Source: Azolla caroliniana
Taxonomy: Eukaryota; Plantae; Polypodiophyta
Length of the DNA stretch: 64,000 nt
NCBI GenBank assembly: GCA_043228905.1
Contig: JBHGNT010000016.1
Coordinates: forward strand, 9,610,001 to 9,674,000
Direction of reading: 5' to 3'
How positions within the stretch are numbered: position 1 is the stretch's first letter; each line of letters begins with the position of its first letter. Of this stretch, positions 34,655 through 46,087 are shown in pieces. Below the pieces are notes generated by a model that had not been told where the DNA came from, made no database searches, and saw only the letters and a program-made list of their open reading frames with translations. A program made the translations under genes and the position numbers.

Positions 34655-35301
34655 TTACATGGCTATAAGATTGTCTTCATCTTCCTTTTGAGAACTATCA
34701 TCAAAATTTTGGGCATCGGCATCCACCCCAGATAGGGTGGGTACCGTGGGGTCCTTTAGAAGCTCATCATCCAGTTCTATAAACTCCCTAGGTTCACAAG
34801 CCAAGGGAAGAATAGGCTCATGAGAGGCACCTTGAAACTGCTCTGTATCCACGATATGCTTTGACCCTACCTCCTCATCTTGATCTAGGCACTGCCATAA
34901 GGCTTGAATCTGCATGTTAATGAAACATACTTGCTCGTCATCCATCTCAAATGCAATAGTATTTCGAAACAATTGTAACGCGCATGTAGATGGCGTACCT
35001 ATTACCATAGTAAAAAGATCATAGCTTCAATTAGACAACCATTAACTTTATAGTTTTCTAGAGAAAATTCAAAAAACATATGCCTGCCAGAAAACAAATC
35101 CAAAATCCAATCTCCTTTGTTAAAAGAACATTTCAATAAGGTGCATCATGAGATGTTGAGGCTTCTGGTAAGGATTGACTAGTCCACGTTTAGTTGTCAT
35201 GACATGTCTCAATTTACGCGTAACAATTGGGTACACAAGCACATTTGAACCTCCAACTTCATTTGAATGCTCCTTACTTTGTTTCCTCTTTATTTCATCA
35301 T
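34655..35301 (-). pseudogene. 3' part of a beta-class N4-cytosine/N6-adenine DNA methyltransferase gene (two exons)
   Basis: Manual translation NPYQKPQHLMMHLIEMF/NKGDWILDLFSG, intron about 34999-35083, then GTPSTCALQLFRNTIAFEMD; fits the N6_N4_Mtase pattern HPxQKP...GDxVLDPFxGSGTT...RxxIGxE; frameshift near 35122. Confidence 0.75.
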
Positions 35302-35573
35302 GGGTAAAAGCATGTGAGTGGAAACAATTAGTTATGTCCTTGACATAGCTAATTAGCTATGCAAAAAGCTACCATTGATAAATTAGCTATGCAAAAAGCT
35401 ACCATTGAAAATAGTAGAGAGTTTTAATGATATAAATGAGCACCATAAATGTGCACCATAAATTATATACCGAATTCCTAGGTCCATTATGCATGATCCT
35501 TTGCCACATCACGTGGGCCATCTTTGGTTGAGTATTCTAGCTTAGATTACTACCATTGTTGCTAAAACCTATT

Positions 35574-36150
35574 GAGTCCACTCCTCCATTGTCGCCATTC
35601 TACACTCAATTACCGGCATTGTGTGGTCCAAGTATCATCTGCCACTGTTTCATCTGACAGAGTTCACTCCTCCATTGCTGCCATTCTACACTCAATTGTT
35701 GCCACTGTTCAGTCCAAACATCATCTGCCAAGTTCACTCCTCCATTGCCGCCACTCTACACTTAGTTGCCGCTACTGTTCCGTCCTGGATTGCTACCACT
35801 TTTCGATTTGACGGAGTTCACTCATCCATTGGCATCATTCTACACTTAGTTGTCGCTAATGTTCGATGGTGTATTGCTGCCACTTTTCGATCTGAAGGAG
35901 TTCACTCCTTCTCCACTACTGCCATTCTACTCTCAGTTCTCGTCACTGTGCGTTCCAAGAATCATCTGCCACTATTCGATCCGACAGAATTCACTCCTCC
36001 ATTGTCATCATTCTACACTCAGTTGTCGCCATTGTCCGGTCCTGGATTGTCAAAATTGTTTGATCAAATGGAGTTCACTCCTCCACTGCCATCATTCTAC
36101 ACTCAGTTGCCGCCACTATTCAACCCTGGATTACCCACTATTGTTCGGTC
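35574..36150. repeat. About 7 degenerate tandem units of about 70-87 bp upstream of the transposase
   Basis: Recurrent GAGTTCACTCCTCCATTGYYGCCATTCTACACTCAGTTG. Confidence 0.85.
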
Positions 36151-37109
36151 TTGGATTTGAATAACTATTCTGTCTATTGATAATCTTGTGTATTGTTGTG
36201 TATAATCTTGTGTATTGCGGAATATTTTTGTGTATTGTTGTTGCCCATAGCCATCTTTAATACGTGTCTTTTTTCCAGGAAAATTAGGGTTTAAACACAT
36301 CAAGCCAAATGGAAGGGGAAGGAGGGTGTTTAGAATTACCCCTCAATGATCATTAGGATAGGGATGACGCTATCAACACACAACAAGCGATATGAAAGTA
36401 TTGGGTAGGAAAAAAAAGAAAACATCGTCAATTGTTGAAGGATACGAAAGCCACACTCACTAAAGGTAAAGATAGTATTGGTTGCGATATAGGTCTAAAT
36501 ATCACTGAGAATGGAAGTAATGAGACTACTATCATAGAGAGAAAGGTTGTAGACAATTTCAATGTTCAAACCAAGCACATCAACAATGAAGACAAGAAGG
36601 TAGTACTTTATGGAATATTAAATCGATAAAGGAGTTAGTTGATTGTGATGGTCTTAATGCAAACATAACATCTATACTAGTAAATAATCTCCGTAATAGT
36701 TTCGTATCCATGAGCAGGCCAGAAGATGATCTTGTCTTAAAAAGGTCTAGTCTAATGATGTTACATAATAGTGATGTTGATGATATTAACATGAGTGTGC
36801 TATCTAAGGTAATTGGTGTTAGTAGAAAAAGTGTGTATAATACATTGAACCGGATAGTTTCCTCGGGTGAAGGAACTATTTTGCTAAAGCTAACAACAAG
36901 ATGTAAGCCAATGACACCCATAACATCAGAAATCAAGGATATAATCACAATATTTTGGCCTAATGAGACTAGGGTTTCACCCAATAAGAAGGATTTATGC
37001 AGGAAACGTGTTGGAAGGAGTCAATACGAGGAGCATCTCATTCATCTTCTTGATGTCCCTCAGGTATTTACATTTATCTCAACATTTGTTTTGACTTTTG
37101 AACTTAGTT

Positions 37110-38292
37110 AGTTGGTTTATTAGCTACCTCTGAATATGACCATACCCGAATAGCTAATTACCTACCTTAGAATATGACCATAGCTAACTAGCTACCAGTA
37201 ATAACTAATTAGCTACCAGAATAGCTAATTAGCTCCCTAAGAATATTGAACATAGTTATTTACCTACCAAAATAGCTAATGAGCTACCATTCATAGCTTA
37301 CCACTCAGCTAATTCGCTACTCAGCTGAAGTATGGTAGTAGCTAATTAGCGACTCAGCTAAAGTATGGTAGTAGCTACTTAGCCACTATAACTAAAGTAT
37401 GGTTAGCTAATTAGCTACCACTTAACTAATTAGCTATTGTACTAAACTATGGTAGTAGCTAATTAGCTACCGCTTAGCTAGTTAGCTACTGAGCTAAAGT
37501 ATGGTAGTAACTAGTTAGCTACCACTTAGCTATTTAGCTACTCAACTAAAGTATGGTAGTAGCTAATTAGCTACCAGTTAGCTAATTAGCGACTCAGCTA
37601 AAGTATGGTACTAACTAATTAGCCACTATAACTAAAGTATGGTAGTAACTAATTAGCTACTATACTAAACTATGGTAGTAGCTAATTAGCTACCACTTAG
37701 CTAATTAGCTACTCAACTAAAGTATGGTAGTAGCTAATTAGCTAAGTGGAAGCTAATTAGCTATTGTATTAAACTATGGTAGTCGCTAATTAGCTACCAC
37801 TTAGCTAATTAGCTACTGTACTACACTATGGTAGTAGCTAATTAGCTACCACTTAGCTAATTAGCTATTGTATTAAACTATGGTAGTAGCTAATTAGCTA
37901 CCACTTAGCTAATTAGCTATTGTACTAAGCTATGGTAGTAGCGAATTAACTACCATTTAGCTAATTAGCTGTTGTATTAAAGTATGGTAGTAGCTAATTA
38001 GCTACCACTTAGCTAATTAACTACTCAACTAAAGTATGGTAGTAGCTAATGAGCTACCACTTAGCTAATTGGCTATTGTACTAAACTATGGTAGTAGCTA
38101 ATTAGCTTCCACTTAGCTAATTAGCTACTGTACTAAACTATTAAGTTAGCTAATGGTTGTCTAATTAGCTTCCACTTAGCTAATGTATTAAACTATGGTA
38201 GTAGCTAATTAGTTACCACTTACCTAATTACCTACTGTACTAAACTATGGTAGTAGCTAATTAGCTACCACTTAGCCATAGAGCTAATTAGT
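37110..38292. repeat. Tandem array built on the palindrome TAGCTAATTAGCTA (about 52-bp dimeric unit) in the transposase intron
   Basis: Palindrome alternately spaced by CCACT and CTGTACTAAACTATGGTAG-type linkers. Confidence 0.92.
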
Positions 38293-38835
38293 ACGTCCGT
38301 TTTATTACGCACGTCGATTTAATTATTAGGTTCAGGCAAATGCATCCAAATATCAAAGTTCAACTATGAACACTCGAGTCTCTTAAGCCACACTTTGTGA
38401 GACGCTTGAAGGATGGATACACATGTTGTTGCATTTACCATGTACAAATTGGTTTTCTCAAGGACTCTGTTAATCTACTACATCGCCATAATCCCTCTCT
38501 AACAAATGCAGTTTGCACTTGTGAGTGCCCATTTGTCGATCGAGCCTCCATGAGCACTGTAAATCATCTGAGCAAGTTATCTCTTCCATGAGTTGTCTTT
38601 TAGATTCAGTATTGTGTCCGAGAGAAACTGAGGCCATCTTCCACAGTCATAAATGTGTCATGGGTTTATGTCAAGATTGTGGCCCTAGTAGATTTAGGTG
38701 GTGTCCAAATGAATTGAGTAGTGAAATATTAAGCTTTGTCAAGTTATTTGAGTCAGTTGACACCAATTTCGAGGGAAAGGTGTGCAAAAGAAAGGATCTA
38801 GTTAGGAAGTCGCTTAAACCAAGGAATTTGGCGTT

Positions 38836-39143
38836 TGTTGAGAGATCAAGCTCAACTTAGTTTAGTTAGTTTGTCAACTATGTATCTTCGTAGTTACCTA
38901 GATAGAATCTAGTTAGAAGTGTTGACTATAACGACTTAAATAGGACTTTGTACTTGAGTGGGATATTCTAGATCCTCCACTCCTAAGTACATTTAATATA
39001 GGACTTACACATTAGTACCTATATTCTACTCACACATGTGCACCTTTGCACATGAGATGTATATATACCTGATTGTGTATTTGATGATCTTGAAGCTAAT
39101 TTAATATACTTACTCATCCCCCATCTTGTGTTGTTCATAAGTG

Positions 39144-39183
<40 letters not shown>

Positions 39184-42100
39184 TCTCACACACATACACA
39201 CATATATCACTTAATCTTCAGCTTATCAACTAATCACATAATTAGGTACTAATTAATCCTTGCTTAATTACTCACCTAATTCTTAACATGGTATTAGAGT
39301 GTGTGGTTTAGCACATCCACTAAGCCCACCCAACTCTTCCTAATTGTGTGTTCGAAATGCCGACGACAAATTCCGGTCATTCGCTACCGTAGTGCCGCTA
39401 CGTAGCACGTATACGTGATGGAAGGAAGAAAAGAAAAAGAAGAGAAGACACTACAATCAACATCAACACACAAATAGGTAGCTCACTCCCTAGTGAAAAG
39501 TTAGACCAGAGCAATTATTCATCTTGGGAGTACAAGATCACCCAATACCTCGTCGGCCAAGGGTATTGGAGCTACATCAACGGCGCTCAAGAAAATCAAC
39601 CCGACTCAAAGAACGCCGACTACTCAACATGGGAGCAAGCAACAAGTCGAGTCATGTATTGCATGGCAACATGTGTCCACGACCACATGCTTAGCCACAT
39701 TCGAGACGCCAAGACGCCTAAAGAAGCATGGGTGAACTTAAAGAAAATGTTCACCGCCAACACGACCGCCCGAAAGCTTCAACTCCGACAAGAGTTGAAC
39801 AACATTCGGCAAAAAGACATGTCCGTGTTGGACTACACCGCCAAGATCAAGAGCATTTGCGACTCGCTTGGCTCCATCAAAATAAACGTCGACGAAGATG
39901 AGATGGTTCAAGTATGCTTGGGCGACCTCGCACAATGATTAGATCCATTACGGACGGCAATCTTGGCGAGAGAAAACCCTCCTTCATTCATTGACCTTCA
40001 ATCAATGCTATTGGTCGAAGAGAACCATGTCCGAACCAAAAGCAAGACATCGGAAGGACAAATGTTCTTCTCGAATTCGGATGGTGGCTGAGGAGGAGGT
40101 GACGGCGGTAGAAGAGGCCAATTTGGCCCATCACACGAAGGGAATTCAAACCTTCACGGAAGCCATCGAGGAACCTTCGGAAGAAGGGGGAGCTTACACG
40201 CCGAACATGGTCGGCAAACAAGGCCCACAACTTGCAATTATTGTAGCAAAATCGGCCACTACGAGGTGGAGTGTCGAAAAAAGAGAAGTGAGTCGGCTTC
40301 AACAAGTCGACACCTCACAAACTACGGATCGAACTCCGACCACGACAACCGTAGCGGAATGTTCACGAATCACGCGTTGAATTTCGACTACGACGATCGT
40401 AGTGAAATGTTTACAAATTATGCCACAAATTCTGACTACGGCGACCATGGCAGAATGTTCGTAATGAGGCATAGAGCGAACTCTATGACGGCCTCCAACT
40501 CTGCAAGCACCTCCAACTCGGAAGACATGTGGTTCGTCGACTCCGGCGCCTCAAATCACATGACATCTCACGAAGAGTGGTTTCGTGACTTGCGTACACT
40601 GGACTGACCCGGCTTCACAGAGACGGGAGACGACACCACACACCACATTCGGCACATCGGCCATGTCCCATTCGGGAAAGCAGGCGAACAAACTTGCATC
40701 AAGACTGTCTTGCACGTGCCCACAATAACGAAGAATTTGGTCTCTGTCGGCCAAATCGTGGAGCAAGGCATGCAAGTCCGCTTCAACAAAGAAGGATGCT
40801 TCATTGAGAAAGATGGTTGACTCATAGCGAAGGGGCGAAGAGACGCCCGAATGTTCATCCTCAATTCGAACGAGGTGAAATCAGCAATGTACGCTAAAGG
40901 TCTCAAAAACGAGACGAACATTGAGTTGTGGCACAAAAGAATCGGCCACATCAACCTTCAACGGCTCCAAACTATGCAAACAAAGGGAGTCGTCATCGAA
41001 CTTCCGACATTCGAGTCGATACGAGTCAACCGAGTATGGGAAGCATGTCAACTAGGCAAACAACATCGACTCCCATTCCCGAAGGAGAGCCACGCAAGAA
41101 AAGGCCTCCTCGACGTCATACACTCGGATGTATGGGGACCGGCTCAAACGCTGACGATCAACGGATGCCGATACTACGTAACCTTCATGGACGACTACTC
41201 ACGCTACGCGTGGATCTACCCGATGAAGAAGAAAAGTGAAGTGCTCTCTCACTTAGCAAAGCTCAAGCGTCATTTCGACTCTGACTCCCCTCGACCCGGA
41301 ATCCTCCGAACAAGAGGTAAAAGATGGAGATCGCTTTGAACACATGTTTGAAGAAAGTCGGATTACGGCAAAGCCTAGTGGGCCACAAGAGCTCCCACGC
41401 GACCCAAGCACGTCGCGGCCAAGTACGAACTTGGACAAAGGCAAAGGTAAGATGCCCGAATACGAAGTCGATCACCCCGACGACAGTGATTCGGATGTGT
41501 CGGCTCCCTCACTAGACAGTGAGTTCGGTGTACCAATCATGCGTACACCCGAAGTAAAGAAGGCGCTCACATCGGCAAGCCAAAAACTTCGACGCTCATC
41601 TAGAGTTAAGAACCCCATCACTTGGCACGGCTACAGCAAGTACATGGCCCATCATTACGCCTTCGCGATGAAGGTAGCTGCCGAACAAGAGCCCAAGAGC
41701 TGCACCGAAGCAGCTCTAACCCACGATGGGTGGAGGTAGTCGACGTTGACCCACACACTACAAGCCTTCGTCATCGGCTTGAGGGGGAGGAACCGAGATT
41801 GCCACGACGAAGAAAGCCGAAGGCCGAACGGAAGCACACGAAGCCGACAAAAGCCAAAGTGGATGTCGAATGCCTCACACTTGAGCTTGAGGGGGTGTGT
41901 TGAGAGATCAAGCTCAACTTAGTTTAGTTAGTTAGTAAACCATGTAACTTTGTAGTTACCTAGATAGAATCTAGTTAGAAGTGTTGACTATAATGACTTA
42001 AATAGGACCTTGTACTTAAGTGGGATATTCTAGATCCTCCACTCCTAAGTACATTTAATATAGGACTTACACATTAGTACCTATATTCTACTCACACGTG

Positions 42101-42205
42101 TGCACCTTTGCACATGAGATGTATATATACCTGATTGTGTATTTGATGATGTTGAAGCTAATTTAATATACTTACTCATCCCCTGTCTTGTGTTGTTCAT
42201 AAGTG

Positions 42206-42239
<34 letters not shown>

Positions 42240-42344
42240 TCTCACACACATACACACACATATCACTTAATCTTCCGCTTATCAACTAATCACATAATTA
42301 GGTACTAATTAATCCTTGCTTAATTACTCACCTAATTCTTAACA
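38836..42344 (+). mobile_element. Internally deleted Ty1/Copia element F (gag, PR, partial INT; no RT/RH)
   Basis: LTRs 38836-39288 and 41898-42344 with (CT)n, PBS TGGTATTAGAG (Met-i type), PPT GAGGGGGTG, degenerate TSD GCGTT/ACGTC; WFVDSGASNHM, LWHKRIGH, HSDVWGP. Confidence 0.92.
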
Positions 42345-44416
42345 ACGTCGCAATTTGTAGTATCTCTAGGAAAGTTCATTATTTACACAACTTCATTTAT
42401 TCATGAAAAACCCATCAATTTAAGACTTGCATATCTGATTTTCCAAATGATGTAGTAGTCTTAGTAGTAGATTTCGCAAAGAATTATACTTTCAAGCAGA
42501 AGAATGAAATTCAATCTATGCATTGGTGCTCAGCACAGGTAACCATTTTTGTGCACATAACATATTTTCGAGTTTCAGGTGATGTTAAAAAAGTAATTCA
42601 TTTTTTTATTTCTGATGATAAGAAGCATGATACCTTGTTCGTCCAACATTGTTTTAACTTACATTGGCAATGGTTATTAGCTAAACGTTTGGAGCTTACT
42701 CAACATTGGGTCTGGTCTCATGGAGCTACGTCACAATTCAAGGCTAGACATCCATTTTATTTTGTGGGGAGGTATCCTGCAATAACAGTTTTGGAGATGA
42801 GATGGAATTTTTTTGGGTCTGGCCATGGTAAAGGTGAACATGATGGTGTAGGTGTTGTTATAAAGCGGGCACTTACCCATGAACAACTAAAGGCAGATGG
42901 TGTGCAGATGAATTGTGCAGCACATGTAGTTGAATTTTTAAGAGCGAATATGTCAACGAGTGCAACTGGTGTTTATTCCTCGCAGGTCCAAGATATCAAA
43001 CGTGAATTTTGGGAAGTGAAGATAGATGAAGTAAATAGGGAGAAGATCTGGGAGTGCCAAGGAATTCCCAAATTGCGATCTCTCCATGTTGTTCAAGGTT
43101 ATTCTACGTTGGATGGTCATTGTATTGCGGTTAGAGAATTAACTTGTTTTTGCTTCCATTGTGTGTAGGGAAATTGGAGGTATTGTTTAAACAAAGCATA
43201 TATTCTGAATTGGGAGTATCATACATTGAATGATAAGGAAGCAATTGATGGAGAAATAGAAAAGAATGTTGACTTCACATATCAAGGATGTGGAGATACT
43301 CTAAGTGATGTCTTAAATGTTGGGGATAATTTCGTTGTAAATGTAGAAGAAGGCAATTCAGAGGGTGTTGTTTTCTATATATTGAAGTGCACGGTTAGTA
43401 AACAGTGTGCAACACACAATATATTAGATGCTTGTCTACGAGGACATTCTACATCGAAGGTATTTTTTATGCAAGACTAGATGATTATGATTATGTGTAT
43501 AGGCTATTAGAAGACAAACAAGTGGCGTACATGTACTCTCATTTGGTTAGGTGCATCAATGTCCCAATGTCGCAATACAATAGTTGCTCAGGTTTATACA
43601 TAGTTAGTGCTAATATGTATGAATGTATTTACAACAGTATGCCATGGAATTTGTAGCTACAAGTAGCAATTACCAGTTTTCTTGTAAAATAAACAAAGCA
43701 CATGTATTGCAAATAAATAGTTTAATGGACATATTTGGGAGTTTTTTTTTTATATACACTCTACTTTTTGTGCTTCTTTCTTAACAAAATCGTGTGTCAT
43801 TTTTATATACAGTCTTCTTTCTAATATACAGTTTAATAATATCGTTTAGGGTTCTTCTTTCTGAGATACAGATTTACTCAAGTGAACCATGTACAAGTTA
43901 AAATAGTTCGCATAATTTTAAGAAAAAGCACTATCATGAAATCAACAATCCTAAACATACTCTTAAAATTACACAGTAGATAAGTTACTCAAAACAAGCA
44001 ATTTAATTCTTCATTGATTAAGTGGTAGCAAATTACATATTTATAACATCCCATTGCCGATGTCTTCAAATCGCCTATAAACAGCTAAGCTCTTGTTGGT
44101 CAGTGGAACTTCTCTACATATATGATTTGCATACCAAGCTCGATATGGAGTCCAGAACCATGTAGCTAGTTGGCAACTCAATGTTTTCACTAAATAGTGT
44201 TCAGGCATTTCATCGGGTAGAATGAGACGGCAGCTGCAAATGTTGAAGTAATGGGAAATGTTCTGTATCCAGAATCAACGTATTGTCAGCATTATAATCT
44301 ACCCATGTGTCCCAAAAATCAGAAAGTCTTTTGAATCTTGCAACATCCTCCTCACAATTCTCTCGTGTCCACTGTGTCAAGATTCGAACTCTTGACATAA
44401 CCATGTTGTAATCGAG

Positions 44417-44818
44417 TGTTATGTGTTAACCACACATCTAACATATAATCATGTATATATTTCCTCATTGTAGGTTTTAGCTAGCATCATGTGCATAATT
44501 TCTCCCTTGTATTATTAACACTTGGCACATGCATGCGTACCTACTGCCTACGTGCTCTATTGTATCACATGCGTGCAATAGGTATGCATGCCACTCAGTA
44601 TAAATAGTTGAGTTCACCTTGAAGGAATTCAAGGTGAACAACGCCAGTCATGGACATATCAATCTAGCATTGCCATTTCGCCCATCCTCTCTCCTTGATC
44701 TTCATCTCTATCTTTATGCTCTTGTGTCATTCCCCGTCTTAAGTTCCTCGTGTCATCGCTCCGTCATAACCTCATCATCCGTGCTCCGTCTTAGTCCGCG
44801 CTTGGTGTGTCCGTGACA
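44417..44818 (+). mobile_element. Probable solo LTR interrupting the FCP1-like exon
   Basis: TGTTA...TGACA ends, TATAAATA near 44599 then a CT-rich leader; no clean TSD, boundaries approximate. Confidence 0.55.
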
Positions 44819-45829
44819 CACTGACCCTTAAAATGTTGTTGCCACTTCGGGAAGAATCTTTCTACACACTTCCACACATCTGTACGTGGTTTTTTGCTCC
44901 AAAAAAACAAATCAAAGTATTGCACTTCCCATTCCAGAAATTGATTTGTGTCCCTCCTTGGTGTCATATATCGCACTCTCATTAGGACTTTATCAAGCTC
45001 CAAGATCAAGGCTCTTCTTTCAACTTCTAATGGTTTAGGTTTCCATTCCTATAACTGAGCCTCTGTTACACCAATTACTGGTAGCACATGATCAATTTCA
45101 ATCAACTCAGGTTCTGTCGGCACAATTGGTGTCCTTTTCCTCTTCAAACCCCTGGTCGATTGTGTTGGGCCTAGCTTTACATTCTAGTGTTGTTGTGTTG
45201 TCAACTTAGTCATTGACTCGATGCCTGTAGATACTGATCTAGTCGATATCATCCCACTGGTATCACATGTTGCATCTACCTGCAAAATTAGATCATCTGT
45301 GCAATATACTTGATCAACTTGCGTGACCAGATCATTTGTGTCAGTTGCTACATCTACTTTCAAGATGTGGCCCTCTAAACACGCACCTACATCAACAGTT
45401 TCCACATTGCCATCGGCCTTAGGAGCAATAGAATCAAACCCTTTAGACTCTGTAACATAAGAAAACACCAACATATTCACATTCACAAAGTAATTAACAG
45501 TCACAAAACAACATAATGAACATGAAATATTTTCCTTCATAGAATAACATGAACATAATTATCTTGGAGAAACATCATAAAGTTCCATTACATAATGTGG
45601 ATCATGCAACAACCAATCTGAGGTTTTACTTGTCCAAATAGATCATAGTAAAACTTCATAAAACCCTAGGAAAATCGCTAACAATCATATCCCACTAATA
45701 GCTATTTCGCTCCAATTCAAGAGCCCCTTGCCCGAGTAACTGGTCTTGTCCCCGATCATGGCCCCTTCTTCAACCTTTTTCTAGTCTGTTGCCCATTTAA
45801 CCGTGCTTCTTTGACCCATTACTTATTCT

Positions 45830-46087
45830 TTAGCTGGTACTAGCTAATTAGCCACTATAACTAAAGTATGGTAGTAGCAAATTAGCTACCACTTAGCATT
45901 TTAGCTACTCAGCTAAAGTATGGTAGTCGCTCATTAGCTACCACTTAGCTAATTAGCTACTGTACTAAAGTATGGTACTAGCTAATTAGCCACTATAACT
46001 AAAGTATGGTAGTAGCTAATTAGCTCCCAATCAGCTAATTAGCTACTGTACTAAACTATGGTAGTACCTAATTAGCTAAGTGGTATC
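45830..46087. repeat. TAGCTAATTAGCTA palindrome array, left part of the second array
   Basis: Same unit as 37110-38292. Confidence 0.9.

Larger units (their letters stand above)
36309..43656 (+). pseudogene. Sola2-like DDD transposase, intron-containing, split by Copia F
   Basis: HPNIK..L.SLKPHFV...CCCIYH, Cys-rich region, VVDFAKNY..NEIQSMHW, ISDDKKHD, WS(H)GA.SQFK, FGSGHGKGEHDG; intron from 37064 to about 38329; second catalytic D reads H. Confidence 0.8.

Noticed and set aside
37110-38292. CRISPR-like array (palindromic repeat with spacers)
   Set aside because: Linkers are themselves repeated, not unique spacers; no cas genes; eukaryotic TE context
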